A DNA stretch of 55,697 nt from Candidatus Micrarchaeota archaeon (GCA_021158105.1 JAGGVH010000039.1:1-55697), one strand, 5' to 3'. Shown: positions 1 through 8,728, counted from the stretch's first letter. Program-made: numbers and translations. The notes: generated from the sequence alone by a model not told the origin.

Positions 1-130
1 CGAAATCCTTTTTCCGAATGGAAAAAGCCAGGGGAAATGTTTTTCTGTTCTCCCAACCAAGGGGGAATCAGGAAGACCGTCAAACTGAAGGGGGGATGTG
101 CCCCCCTGCGGTTCCGTTCCGGGCGGGGCT
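1..130. other. GC-rich, hairpin-forming segment cut by the window edge; possible structured RNA of unknown identity
   Basis: Much higher GC than the surrounding DNA; hairpins TTTTTCC-GAAT-GGAAAAA, TCTCCC-AACCAA-GGGGGA and GGGGGG-ATGTG-CCCCCC; no convincing match to tRNA, rRNA or RNase P consensus. Confidence 0.3.
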
Positions 131-154
131 ATAACATTAAAAGAGGTGAAATCC

Positions 155-421
155 ATGAAGGAAATAAAAGGTCGCATAATAAACTATCGCGGTGGCAAAA
201 AAACTCAATACAACAACCAGATGATTATTGAACCAGAAGGTGTTAAGTTAAGAGATGATGCATCTAAACTTCTGGGCAAGAAAGTCATATGGAAAAATTC
301 TAAGACGCAAATGACTGGTAAGATCACAAGAGTACACGGTAAAAAGGGTTGTGTAGTAGCAAGTTTTGAACCGTCCCTCCCGGGCCAAGCAATAGGGACT
401 GAGGTGACAATTATTGTATAA
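155..421 (+). CDS. rpl35ae: 50S ribosomal protein L35Ae
   Basis: G.I.NYRGGKKTQYNNQMII...GKITRVHGKKG.V.A.F...LPGQAIG signature; ATG at 155 follows a GAGGTGA RBS (the track start at 98 is too long). Confidence 0.95.
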   Translation: MKEIKGRIINYRGGKKTQYNNQMIIEPEGVKLRDDASKLLGKKVIWKNSKTQMTGKITRVHGKKGCVVASFEPSLPGQAIGTEVTIIV

Positions 422-809
422 ATATTTGGAGCACACTGCAGACATTTTGATTGAAGCGCATGGAAAAACATTTGAAGAGGCAATCGAAGAAGCTGCAAGG
501 GCAATGTTCAACGTGATTGGCAACGCAGAACCTAAAATAAAAAAGAATATTCATTCTGAAGCGCCAACAAAGGAGCAACTTGTTGTTTATTTCCTGTCAG
601 ATTTGTTAACAGAGATGGAGATTGACAACATCGTATTTTCTGATGTCAAAATTCAAAAGGTTGAACACAACAAGAATTGGGAGATTAACGCTATTGTCAT
701 GGGCGACCATGTTCTTCCAACAGACCAGGTCAAAGCTGTAACTCATCACATGCTAGAGATTAAAAAAGAAAAGAATGAATGGGTTATACGAGTATTGTTA
801 GACGTTTAA
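414..809 (+). CDS. Archease (RtcB ligase cofactor)
   Basis: N-terminal YLEHTADI motif and C-terminal VKAVTHH...RVLLDV motif. Confidence 0.93.
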   Translation: MYKYLEHTADILIEAHGKTFEEAIEEAARAMFNVIGNAEPKIKKNIHSEAPTKEQLVVYFLSDLLTEMEIDNIVFSDVKIQKVEHNKNWEINAIVMGDHVLPTDQVKAVTHHMLEIKKEKNEWVIRVLLDV

Positions 810-840
810 AAATTGGAATGAAACGACTTTTAATTTTTAA

Positions 841-1401
841 TCAGATCATATGAGCAGCACACATTACCTGTTTAATCTTGTCATATTTGTCCATAAACGT
901 TCTAGAGTTGTTAATGATGCCCAGCTCAACATATTTCTTAGACAACTTTTCAATGTCATCTGGAGTCAACAGTTTACTTTTTTCTAAAACTATAGCTTCA
1001 TACACAATCTCTGTCAATACATCTTGTTTAACATTTGTCAGGTGCCATTGGTTAGTTCGTATAATGACTGAACCGTTTACAAAAAAGTCAGTCGGTTTAA
1101 CCTTTGCAACATGAATACCTTCCTTTAACAAGAATGCATGGTCTTCTGCCAACCACTCAGCAAATTCATCATTATAATCCCCCAATGGATAAAAAGAACC
1201 TTCAATCGTAAATTTAGCAAACAGTTCATCGTTAAACATTATCATCTTTTCAGTTATATTATCATACTTTCTATCCTTTGGCCGTTTATGATATATGACT
1301 GTAACCTCTTTGCCATTGTCATCAATCTTATGGGTAAACATTATGTTTGGGTTTGCCTTTGTATGCAAATCTTGAAATGGGTGTCTGTGTACGTGTTGCA
1401 T
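841..1401 (-). CDS. Hypothetical protein
   Basis: 186-aa ORF filling the gap between convergent neighbours; no recognised motif. Confidence 0.6.
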   Translation of the reverse strand: MQHVHRHPFQDLHTKANPNIMFTHKIDDNGKEVTVIYHKRPKDRKYDNITEKMIMFNDELFAKFTIEGSFYPLGDYNDEFAEWLAEDHAFLLKEGIHVAKVKPTDFFVNGSVIIRTNQWHLTNVKQDVLTEIVYEAIVLEKSKLLTPDDIEKLSKKYVELGIINNSRTFMDKYDKIKQVMCAAHMI

Positions 1402-1512
1402 AGTGTAAGGTATATAAAAAGATATATTTAAAAATTGTTAATGTTATTTTTTAATAATTACCACAATAATACAGATTATGTATAAATTATTAAAAAATTA
1501 AGAAAATAATAA

Positions 1513-3438
1513 CTATTTTATAAGCGGTTCAACGCTCTTAGCATCAACCTCTTCCACAAGTTTAGCAACCAAGTCGTCAATCTTGATATTGTTTATAACT
1601 TTATTATTCCTTGTCCTGACACTAACAGTATTACTTTCAACCTCTTTATCGCCTACAACAAGCATATAATTAACTTTTTCCATTTGCGCATTGCGAACCT
1701 TCTTTGACACACTTTCTAATGTATCATCAACTTCAACACGCAACCTGTGGTCAAACAAAATGCTCCTCAACTTGTCAGCATATTCAACATGACTTTCTGA
1801 TACCGGGATAATCTTAACCTGAACCGGTGACAACCATAACGGTAGCTTGCCAGCATAATGTTCCAACAACATACCAATGAACCTTTCAATACTGCCCAAG
1901 ATTGCACGGTGCAACATCACAGGACGATGGTTCATAGTACCGTCAGGGCCCATATAAGTTATGTCAAGTGTTTCAGGCATTGCAAAGTCTAGTTGTATCG
2001 TGCCGCATTGCCATGACCTTCCCATACAATCCTTTATATGAAAATCAATCTTTGGACCATAGAATGCACCGTCGCCCTCATTAATTTTATACTTTATACC
2101 TTTCTTGTCTAATGCACTTTTTAATGATGATTCTGCACGATTCCACAGGTCAAGCTCACCCATGTAATCGTTAGGACGCGTGCTGAGTTCAACATGAACA
2201 TCTTCAAACCCGAACGTTTTATACATCTCAAAAACCAAATCTATAAGTTTTATTATCTCAGTCTCAATCTGTTCAGGCAGACAGAACACGTGTGCATCGT
2301 CCTGTGTAAACGCACGAACACGGAAAAGACCGTGCAACACGCCCGCCATCTCATGCCTGTGAACCAAACCAAACTCTGCAAGCTTTATCGGGAACTCCTT
2401 GTATGAATGGACCTTTGTCTTATAAATCAAGACATGGCCCGGGCAATTCATAGGTTTGACTGCATAATCAACACCATCTATCTTTAAGAAATACATGTTG
2501 TCATGATAATGGTCCCAGTGCCCAGACCGTTCCCATAAACTCCTGTTTAGGATTATCGGGCCACGGACCTCCTGATAATTCTCCCGTCTTAATATCCCGC
2601 GGTAGTATTCAATAATGGAATTATAAATCACCATGCCCTTAGGATGCCAAAACGGAAACCCCGGACCTTCCTCATGCAAAGAGAACAAGTCAAGTTCTTT
2701 TCCTATCTTACGATGATCCCTCCGTGCAGCCTCTTCAAGCATATTAAGATAACTCCTCAATTCTTTAGGTGTTGGGAATGCTATGCCATAAATCCTCTGA
2801 AGTTGCTTGTTCTTAGCATCACCGCGCCAGTATGCACCAGACACCTTGGTCACCTTAACTGCACCGATATACCCTGTTGATGGCAGGTGGGGACCGCGGC
2901 ATAAGTCATAAAAATCTCCCTGTTTATATATTGACAACTGTCCTCCCGCGCTTGCAACCTCATCAATCATCTCAATCTTATAAGGATTATCCTTAAACAA
3001 TTCTCTTGCCTTGTCAACTGTAACCTCTTCACGAACAAGAGGGATGTCGCGTTTAATGATTTCCTTCATCTTCTCCTCAATCTTAACCAGATCTTCTGGC
3101 GTGAATGGATCATGATCAATGTCATAATAAAACCCATTCTCGATTGCTGGACCGATAGTCAACTTAGCATTTGGAAACAATTCTTTCACTGCCTGTGCAA
3201 GCACATGTGCACTTGTGTGCCAGTAAACCTTTTTCCCGTCAGGGTCATCAAAAGTTATAAACTCTAAAGAATCATAATCGTTGACATTAATCTTTAAATT
3301 AAGGTCAAACAAAAACGTTTTACCATCCTTACTACATCTGACTGCCAGATATTTTTGAGCATTGTTACCTTTCAATAGTTCTAATGGGACCACTTCACCG
3401 TCAACTTCAACTTCTGTACCATTAATCATAATCTTCAT
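1513..3438 (-). CDS. thrS: Threonyl-tRNA synthetase (bacterial-type editing domain)
   Basis: HTSAHVLAQAV, DLCRGPH, RDHRKIG, KPMNCP, LFRVRAFTQDDAH, CGTIQLDF, HRAILGSIERF motifs; ATG 3438 follows GGAGGATGG. Confidence 0.97.
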   Translation of the reverse strand: MKIMINGTEVEVDGEVVPLELLKGNNAQKYLAVRCSKDGKTFLFDLNLKINVNDYDSLEFITFDDPDGKKVYWHTSAHVLAQAVKELFPNAKLTIGPAIENGFYYDIDHDPFTPEDLVKIEEKMKEIIKRDIPLVREEVTVDKARELFKDNPYKIEMIDEVASAGGQLSIYKQGDFYDLCRGPHLPSTGYIGAVKVTKVSGAYWRGDAKNKQLQRIYGIAFPTPKELRSYLNMLEEAARRDHRKIGKELDLFSLHEEGPGFPFWHPKGMVIYNSIIEYYRGILRRENYQEVRGPIILNRSLWERSGHWDHYHDNMYFLKIDGVDYAVKPMNCPGHVLIYKTKVHSYKEFPIKLAEFGLVHRHEMAGVLHGLFRVRAFTQDDAHVFCLPEQIETEIIKLIDLVFEMYKTFGFEDVHVELSTRPNDYMGELDLWNRAESSLKSALDKKGIKYKINEGDGAFYGPKIDFHIKDCMGRSWQCGTIQLDFAMPETLDITYMGPDGTMNHRPVMLHRAILGSIERFIGMLLEHYAGKLPLWLSPVQVKIIPVSESHVEYADKLRSILFDHRLRVEVDDTLESVSKKVRNAQMEKVNYMLVVGDKEVESNTVSVRTRNNKVINNIKIDDLVAKLVEEVDAKSVEPLIK

Positions 3439-3685
3439 AAAACCATCCTCCATTAAACTGTTATGAACTATCCAAAACTTCATACAATATTCATACAATA
3501 TATTTAAATATATTCTTTCACACAATTAAATTATAAATGCCCTGCCATTCATTGTTAAACTACAATTTACAACAAAGAAAGGATACCATCAAACACATCT
3601 TGACAGGAAAACAATATTAACAGACGGTCAGATTTTTGACAACATCTTTTTAAAATTCTCGCCAAAGCTTGACAACCAAACACTA

Positions 3686-4303
3686 ATGCATTCTCGTCAT
3701 GTGGCTGCAATGTCGCAACTTGTCATGGAAAAGATCGTTTCAAATAAAAAATTATCATTTGAATCCAAATTGTTCTGGTCAGAAGCTGCAAGGTGTGCAG
3801 GCCTGGTTCACGACATTGGCAAGATACATTTCCCTGACGAAATGGGAGATTATTCAGTATCTTTTAATGAATACATCCCTTTCATTTTAGAACATACCAT
3901 TTATGGGTTTAATATACTGTTCAACGAGATTATTAAATACCATACTGATGAATTCATAATCGAAGTGCTTGATGCAGTCATTCATCATCATGAAAGGTGG
4001 GACGGAAAGAGGTTTGAATATTCCTTCAAAGTTCATGAAAGGCCGGGCTACCCTCACGGGTTAAAACATGAAGAAATCAATCCCATTGCAAGAGTGATAT
4101 ATGTGGTTGACTACTATGACGCCTCAGTAAACAGGGGAATAAAGGGAATGTCAAGGCAAACTGCAATTGAATGGATAAAAAAAGGCAAGGATGTTCTTTA
4201 TGACCCAGAAGCAGTCAATGCATTCATAGATTCTGAAAAGGAATTGTATGTGATTTCACAGGACGATTCCGGTGCACTGATTTTAGATGAAGGAATATTA
4301 TAA
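3686..4303 (+). CDS. HD-GYP domain phosphohydrolase (true start uncertain)
   Basis: HSRHVA, LVHDIGK, EHTIYG, HHHERWDG...PGYPHGLKHEEI..IARVIYVVDYYDA motifs. Confidence 0.85.
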   Translation: MHSRHVAAMSQLVMEKIVSNKKLSFESKLFWSEAARCAGLVHDIGKIHFPDEMGDYSVSFNEYIPFILEHTIYGFNILFNEIIKYHTDEFIIEVLDAVIHHHERWDGKRFEYSFKVHERPGYPHGLKHEEINPIARVIYVVDYYDASVNRGIKGMSRQTAIEWIKKGKDVLYDPEAVNAFIDSEKELYVISQDDSGALILDEGIL

Positions 4304-4622
4304 TTGCAGGAGGAGCAATGGCCTTTGCTGCAACTTCACCTGTCGGTTGTCCTACTCATCAGCTCAGGCCTGTGGCTTGGCGACACGCCGATACACAGCT
4401 TAGGGCTGCTCCTTTGCCGGCTCTGCTGGCAGATTTTGCATGTGTACCATGCAAAGCTTCCGGCCTGACCCGGTTCACTGTGCACGACGTCCGTCAAGGC
4501 AGACCGTCAACGCCTTTGAATAGGGCCAAACAGACAAAGCGCAACGCAGACCATCTTCGGCCCCGCCTAAAGGGGATTTGCGGGAATGGAGACCCCTGGC
4601 CCCCGGCCTATCCTCCTGCAAT
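4303..4622 (-). ncRNA. ffs: Archaeal SRP (7S) RNA with a 45-nt insertion in helix 8
   Basis: 12-bp terminal helix ATTGCAGGAGGA/TCCTCCTGCAAT; Alu-domain motifs TAGGCCGGGGG and GCGGGGCCGAAG; GTGAACCGGGTCAGGCCGGA...AGGAGCAGCCC helix 8; upstream TTTAAAAA box near 4642-4649. Confidence 0.92.
4414..4458 (-). other. Putative BHB-type intron in SRP RNA helix 8
   Basis: GCCG/CGGC 4-bp central helix, 3-nt bulges GAA and AAA, inner helix GCTTT/AGAGC; canonical cleavage positions give ...CAGGCCGGAAGGAGCAG... Confidence 0.7.
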
Positions 4623-4671
4623 ATAACTTTGCAATTTATCATTTTTAAACCTTATGGCTTTATGTTATCAT

Positions 4672-5208
4672 ATGGACCCTTACAAAATACTAAAGAAATA
4701 TTATAATCCTGACTCAGAACTTTATTATTATCTGGTGAAGCACAGTGAAAATGTCATGAGAAAAGCGGTCAACATTGCAGAAAAGGTTAATGCTGACAAG
4801 GAATTTGTCAGAGAGGCGTCAATGCTTCATGATATCGGAATAATAAAAACAAACGAGCCAAGATTTTTTTGTCATGGGAAATACCCATACATCTCCCACG
4901 GATACTTGGGAAGGGAAATGTTAGAAAAGGAAGGTTACCCAAGGCATGGCCTTGTTGCAGAACGGCATGTTGGCGTGTGCATAACAAAGGATGAAATCAT
5001 AAAAAACAGGCTACCGCTGCCGCACAGGGACATGTGCCCGATAACTTTAGAAGAGAAGATTGTTGCATATGCAGACAAGTTTTATTCAAAACGACCTGAT
5101 GAAAGGATAGATTATGAAAAGTCATACGATGAGGTCATAAGCGAAATTGAAAAATATGGAAAGTGGAAGGTTAAAATATTCAATGAATGGCATAAGATGT
5201 TTGAGTAA
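4672..5208 (+). CDS. HD/HDIG domain metal-dependent phosphohydrolase
   Basis: KHSENV, MLHDIG, SHGYLG, AERHVG, IVAYADKF motifs; start refined to MDPYKIL. Confidence 0.88.
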   Translation: MDPYKILKKYYNPDSELYYYLVKHSENVMRKAVNIAEKVNADKEFVREASMLHDIGIIKTNEPRFFCHGKYPYISHGYLGREMLEKEGYPRHGLVAERHVGVCITKDEIIKNRLPLPHRDMCPITLEEKIVAYADKFYSKRPDERIDYEKSYDEVISEIEKYGKWKVKIFNEWHKMFE

Positions 5209-5261
5209 CCTTTTTTAACCTATCCTTTGTATCATTCAATTGTATAATTTAGGGTGATATT

Positions 5262-6668
5262 ATGTATGGCGGGTATACTTATGTAGAACTGAAATATAAG
5301 CCGTCAAAGGATGACTTTATAGTTCTCTTATGGGTTAAAGGCAAAAATAAGATTGAAAAGATTGCTGAAGCGGTTGCCGCAGAAAGTTCAGTGGGCACAT
5401 GGACAAAACTCAGTACAATGAATGACATTGTATTCAAAAATTATCGTGCCCGTGTTTTCAAAATAATCAAGGTTACAAAAAGTTCAGGGTTTATTTATAT
5501 TGCTTATCCATATGAACATTTTGATTCAAAGAACATATTACAGTTTCAGGCCAGTGTCATGGGCAACATATTCGGAATGAAAGAGGTTGACGAATTATAC
5601 ATAATGGACATATCATTCCCTGAGAAGTATCAGAAACAGTTTAAGGGTCCAAAGAATGGTATTGAAGGCATCAGAAAATATGTAGGAACATTAAAAAGCC
5701 GGCGTCCGCACATTGGCACGATTGTCAAACCCAAGGTGGGGTTAACACCTAAAGAGTTTGCAAATGTCGCATACGACGCATGGAGCAATGGACTGGACCT
5801 TGTCAAAGATGACGAGAACCTGGTCGACCAGAAATTTTGTCCGTGGAAGAAGCGGTTTAATGAAGTAACCAAAAAGATGGACAAGGCAGAAAATGAAACC
5901 GGTGAGAAGAAGTTGTATGCCACAAACATTACTGACTCGTCAATCGACCGTATGATTGAACGGTTGGACTATGTTAGGGAGCACGGGCAGAGGATGGTAA
6001 TGTTAGATGTTTATGTCATGGGACTTGCAGCATTGCATGAAATGATTAAGCACACACGAAAGTATAACATATTTGTCCATGCCCACAGGGCAGGGTATGC
6101 TGCACATAACAGAGGAATGTTTGGTGTAAACTTTCAGGTTTATGAGAAATTTTATAGGATAATAGGTGTTGACCAGCTTCACATTGGCACGGGCGTGGGC
6201 AAGATGGAAGGGTCGGCATTGTACGTTAAACGGTTGCACGACATTGCGATAAAAAACAAGGGAGAAGAAAAGTTTTATCTGGGCTCATTAAAGTTCACGT
6301 TTGCCAAACATATTAAACCGTTGTTCCCAGTATCATCGGGCGGGCTTGACCCTGGCATGGTCGATGCTTTGATTGAATTGTTCGGGAAAGATATAGTCAT
6401 ACAGGCAGGCGGAGGTGTGCACGGGCATCCAAACGGTACTGGTGCAGGCGCAAGGGCGTTACGTTATGCTGTTGATTGTGCAATGAAACACATCCCGCTT
6501 CCAAAGGCATCAGAAAAAAATAATGACCTTAAACTTGCACTTAAAAAGTTTGGATATGCTGACCCGAAAGACATTAAAAATGTATTAAAATATGAAAAGA
6601 ACAACAAACAAAAATTAACAAGAGAGGTTAAGATTGGCGGGTTGGCAGAATACCAAAGGATAGTTTAA
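5262..6668 (+). CDS. rbcL: RuBisCO large subunit, form III / III-like
   Basis: AAESSVGTW, GNIFG, VKPKVGL, VKDDEN, HAHRAG, LHIGT..GKMEG, SSGG, QAGGGVHGHP: catalytic residue set present. Confidence 0.95.
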   Translation: MYGGYTYVELKYKPSKDDFIVLLWVKGKNKIEKIAEAVAAESSVGTWTKLSTMNDIVFKNYRARVFKIIKVTKSSGFIYIAYPYEHFDSKNILQFQASVMGNIFGMKEVDELYIMDISFPEKYQKQFKGPKNGIEGIRKYVGTLKSRRPHIGTIVKPKVGLTPKEFANVAYDAWSNGLDLVKDDENLVDQKFCPWKKRFNEVTKKMDKAENETGEKKLYATNITDSSIDRMIERLDYVREHGQRMVMLDVYVMGLAALHEMIKHTRKYNIFVHAHRAGYAAHNRGMFGVNFQVYEKFYRIIGVDQLHIGTGVGKMEGSALYVKRLHDIAIKNKGEEKFYLGSLKFTFAKHIKPLFPVSSGGLDPGMVDALIELFGKDIVIQAGGGVHGHPNGTGAGARALRYAVDCAMKHIPLPKASEKNNDLKLALKKFGYADPKDIKNVLKYEKNNKQKLTREVKIGGLAEYQRIV

Positions 6669-6695
6669 TTCTTCCAAAAGATGAGGTGAAAACAG

Positions 6696-7784
6696 ATGGT
6701 TGAATTTAGTATGCTTGACATGTTCATTCAAAACATTACTGCAATGGTTAGTGTCAACTCATTGGACAGTTATATTGTATCATTATCAGTTTTTGCTTCA
6801 CTGGTCATAATATTAAAGATTTTTAAGTTTGTCATATTAAAAAAATTGGAGCACATCTCCAAGAAAACAAAATCAGATTTTGATGATGTGATAATAAAAA
6901 TAATAGATGACATCGGTTGGCCGTTTTATCTGTTGTTATCATTGTATATAGGATTACAGTTTATTGTTCTCCCTGATATAATAATAGTGATTGTATACTA
7001 CTTGACATTGGTTTTTGCATTGTATTATACAACAAAAGGTGTAACAACACTGATAGATTATGGGACAAAAAAAATGTTGATAGAAAATAAGAAAAAGGAA
7101 AACAAGATTGACCCGTCAGTTGTCAACCTTCTTAATCAAATCTTAAAAGCAGTGGTCTGGTTCATTGCAATAATTTTTATAATCTCAAACTTGGGTTATG
7201 ATATATCAGCATTGGTTGCAGGATTGGGCATTGGCGGTATTGCTGTAGCATTTGCACTGCAGAATATATTGTCAGACATATTCGCTTATTTCTCAATACA
7301 GTTTGACAAACCGTTCACCACTGGCGATTTCATCGTTATCGGGAAGGATAGCGGGACAGTAAAAAAGATTGGACTAAAATCAACACGCATCAAAACATAT
7401 TCTGGCGGTGAAGAACTGGTCATTTCAAACAAAGAACTTACAGAAGAGCGTGTCCACAATTATAAGAAGATGGACACGCGCAATGTAATCTTTCAGTTTG
7501 GGATAACGTATGATACTCCTGTATCAAAGATTAAGCAAATTCCTAAAATGATAACACAACTAATAAACAAAATCAAACCTGCCAAGGTTAAGTATGTCCA
7601 TTTTAAAAAGTTTGGTGATTTCGCATTAATCTTTGAGGTTGTGTATAACATTCCAACCGGCGATTATGAAACATACCTAAAAATCCAAGAAAAGATTAAC
7701 ATTAGTATAATGGAATTGTTTAAGAAAAACAAAATTGAAATGGCTTATCCCACACAAACAATATATCTTCAAAAGGTTAAATAA
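6696..7784 (+). CDS. mscS: Small-conductance mechanosensitive channel (MscS family)
   Basis: N-terminal TM helices; AGLGIGGIAVAFALQNILSD, DKPF..GDFI, GTVKKIGLKSTRI, ISNKEL, AYPTQT motifs. Confidence 0.93.
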   Translation: MVEFSMLDMFIQNITAMVSVNSLDSYIVSLSVFASLVIILKIFKFVILKKLEHISKKTKSDFDDVIIKIIDDIGWPFYLLLSLYIGLQFIVLPDIIIVIVYYLTLVFALYYTTKGVTTLIDYGTKKMLIENKKKENKIDPSVVNLLNQILKAVVWFIAIIFIISNLGYDISALVAGLGIGGIAVAFALQNILSDIFAYFSIQFDKPFTTGDFIVIGKDSGTVKKIGLKSTRIKTYSGGEELVISNKELTEERVHNYKKMDTRNVIFQFGITYDTPVSKIKQIPKMITQLINKIKPAKVKYVHFKKFGDFALIFEVVYNIPTGDYETYLKIQEKINISIMELFKKNKIEMAYPTQTIYLQKVK

Positions 7785-8560
7785 AGAATAATAGGTGCAT
7801 GGTCTGACCCGGTAATGTCTGTTAATATGTCAGAATCATTTATTACGCCCAAGTGATTCTTATCAATGAAAAAATAGTCAACCCTCCACCCAATGTTACG
7901 TTGCCTTGCATGAAACCTAAAACTCCACCAACTATACTTAACAGTTGTGGGATGGAAATACCTAAATGTATCAACAAACCCTTCACTGAGCAACCTGTCA
8001 ATAAACCTTCTCTCTTCAACAGTATACCCTGCGTTTGTTTCGTTCTGTTTGGGGTTGGCAAGGTCAATTTCATTGTGCGCAACGTTAAAATCCCCGGTCA
8101 ACAACATTGGCTTGTTCTTATGTTTAAACTGTTTATTAACAAAGTGAATATAAGCATCATTAAACTTCATCTTAAACTCCAAACGTGACAAGTCATGACG
8201 CGAATGAGGAAAATAAGTATTAAACAGATAAAATTTATCATATTCAATGAATATAAACCTGCCCTCATCATCAAACTGTTCTACTCCAATCTGTGTTATG
8301 ATTGTTTTTGGTTTAACCTTTGTCATGACAGCAGTTCCCGCATACCCTTTCCTCATAGCAGGATTGATAATTAATTCATAGTTATTACCTTTACAGAAAT
8401 CTATAACATCTTCTGGGATCGTTTTATCATCTGACTTAATCTCTTGTAAACACATAACGTCTGGGTTAAGCTGTTTCAATGAATTGACAAATCCCTTTTT
8501 TACTACTGCACGCAGTCCGTTAACGTTCCATGAGATAACCTTTAACATACATTTGTTCAT
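7769..8560 (-). CDS. xth: Exodeoxyribonuclease III / AP endonuclease
   Basis: SWNVNGLRA, CLQEIK, GYAGTA, EGR, GDFNVAH, YSWW, GWRVDYF, SDHAPI motifs (start 8560 or 8548). Confidence 0.95.
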   Translation of the reverse strand: MNKCMLKVISWNVNGLRAVVKKGFVNSLKQLNPDVMCLQEIKSDDKTIPEDVIDFCKGNNYELIINPAMRKGYAGTAVMTKVKPKTIITQIGVEQFDDEGRFIFIEYDKFYLFNTYFPHSRHDLSRLEFKMKFNDAYIHFVNKQFKHKNKPMLLTGDFNVAHNEIDLANPKQNETNAGYTVEERRFIDRLLSEGFVDTFRYFHPTTVKYSWWSFRFHARQRNIGWRVDYFFIDKNHLGVINDSDILTDITGSDHAPIILYLTF

Positions 8561-8728
8561 GTATAATAATTTATTATATTTTCGCTTGTGCATATTGGAA
8601 ACGATTTAATCACAATTCCAAAGTATTTATAAACAGATGTGATGTAAAAATGCACTACTGTATATTGTTAACAGTATCATTACAAAGGATATATTTGATC
8701 CGTATTATGATAAACTGAGGTGGTTTAA

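Noticed and set aside
72-96. AAGACCGTCAAACTG resembles the Tetrahymena group I intron P3/P4 region
   Set aside because: No P7 or other core elements found and no host gene; probably chance.
70-130. Possible tRNA (cloverleaf-like arms)
   Set aside because: No TTC T-loop consensus, no U33 anticodon loop, no acceptor pairing on either strand. No tRNA or rRNA gene was found anywhere in the window.
1513-3438. Bacterial-type ThrRS as evidence of unusual gene transfer
   Set aside because: Bacterial-type editing domains are already known in several archaeal lineages.
4318-4626. 102-aa plus-strand ORF
   Set aside because: Antisense shadow of the SRP RNA; no protein motif.
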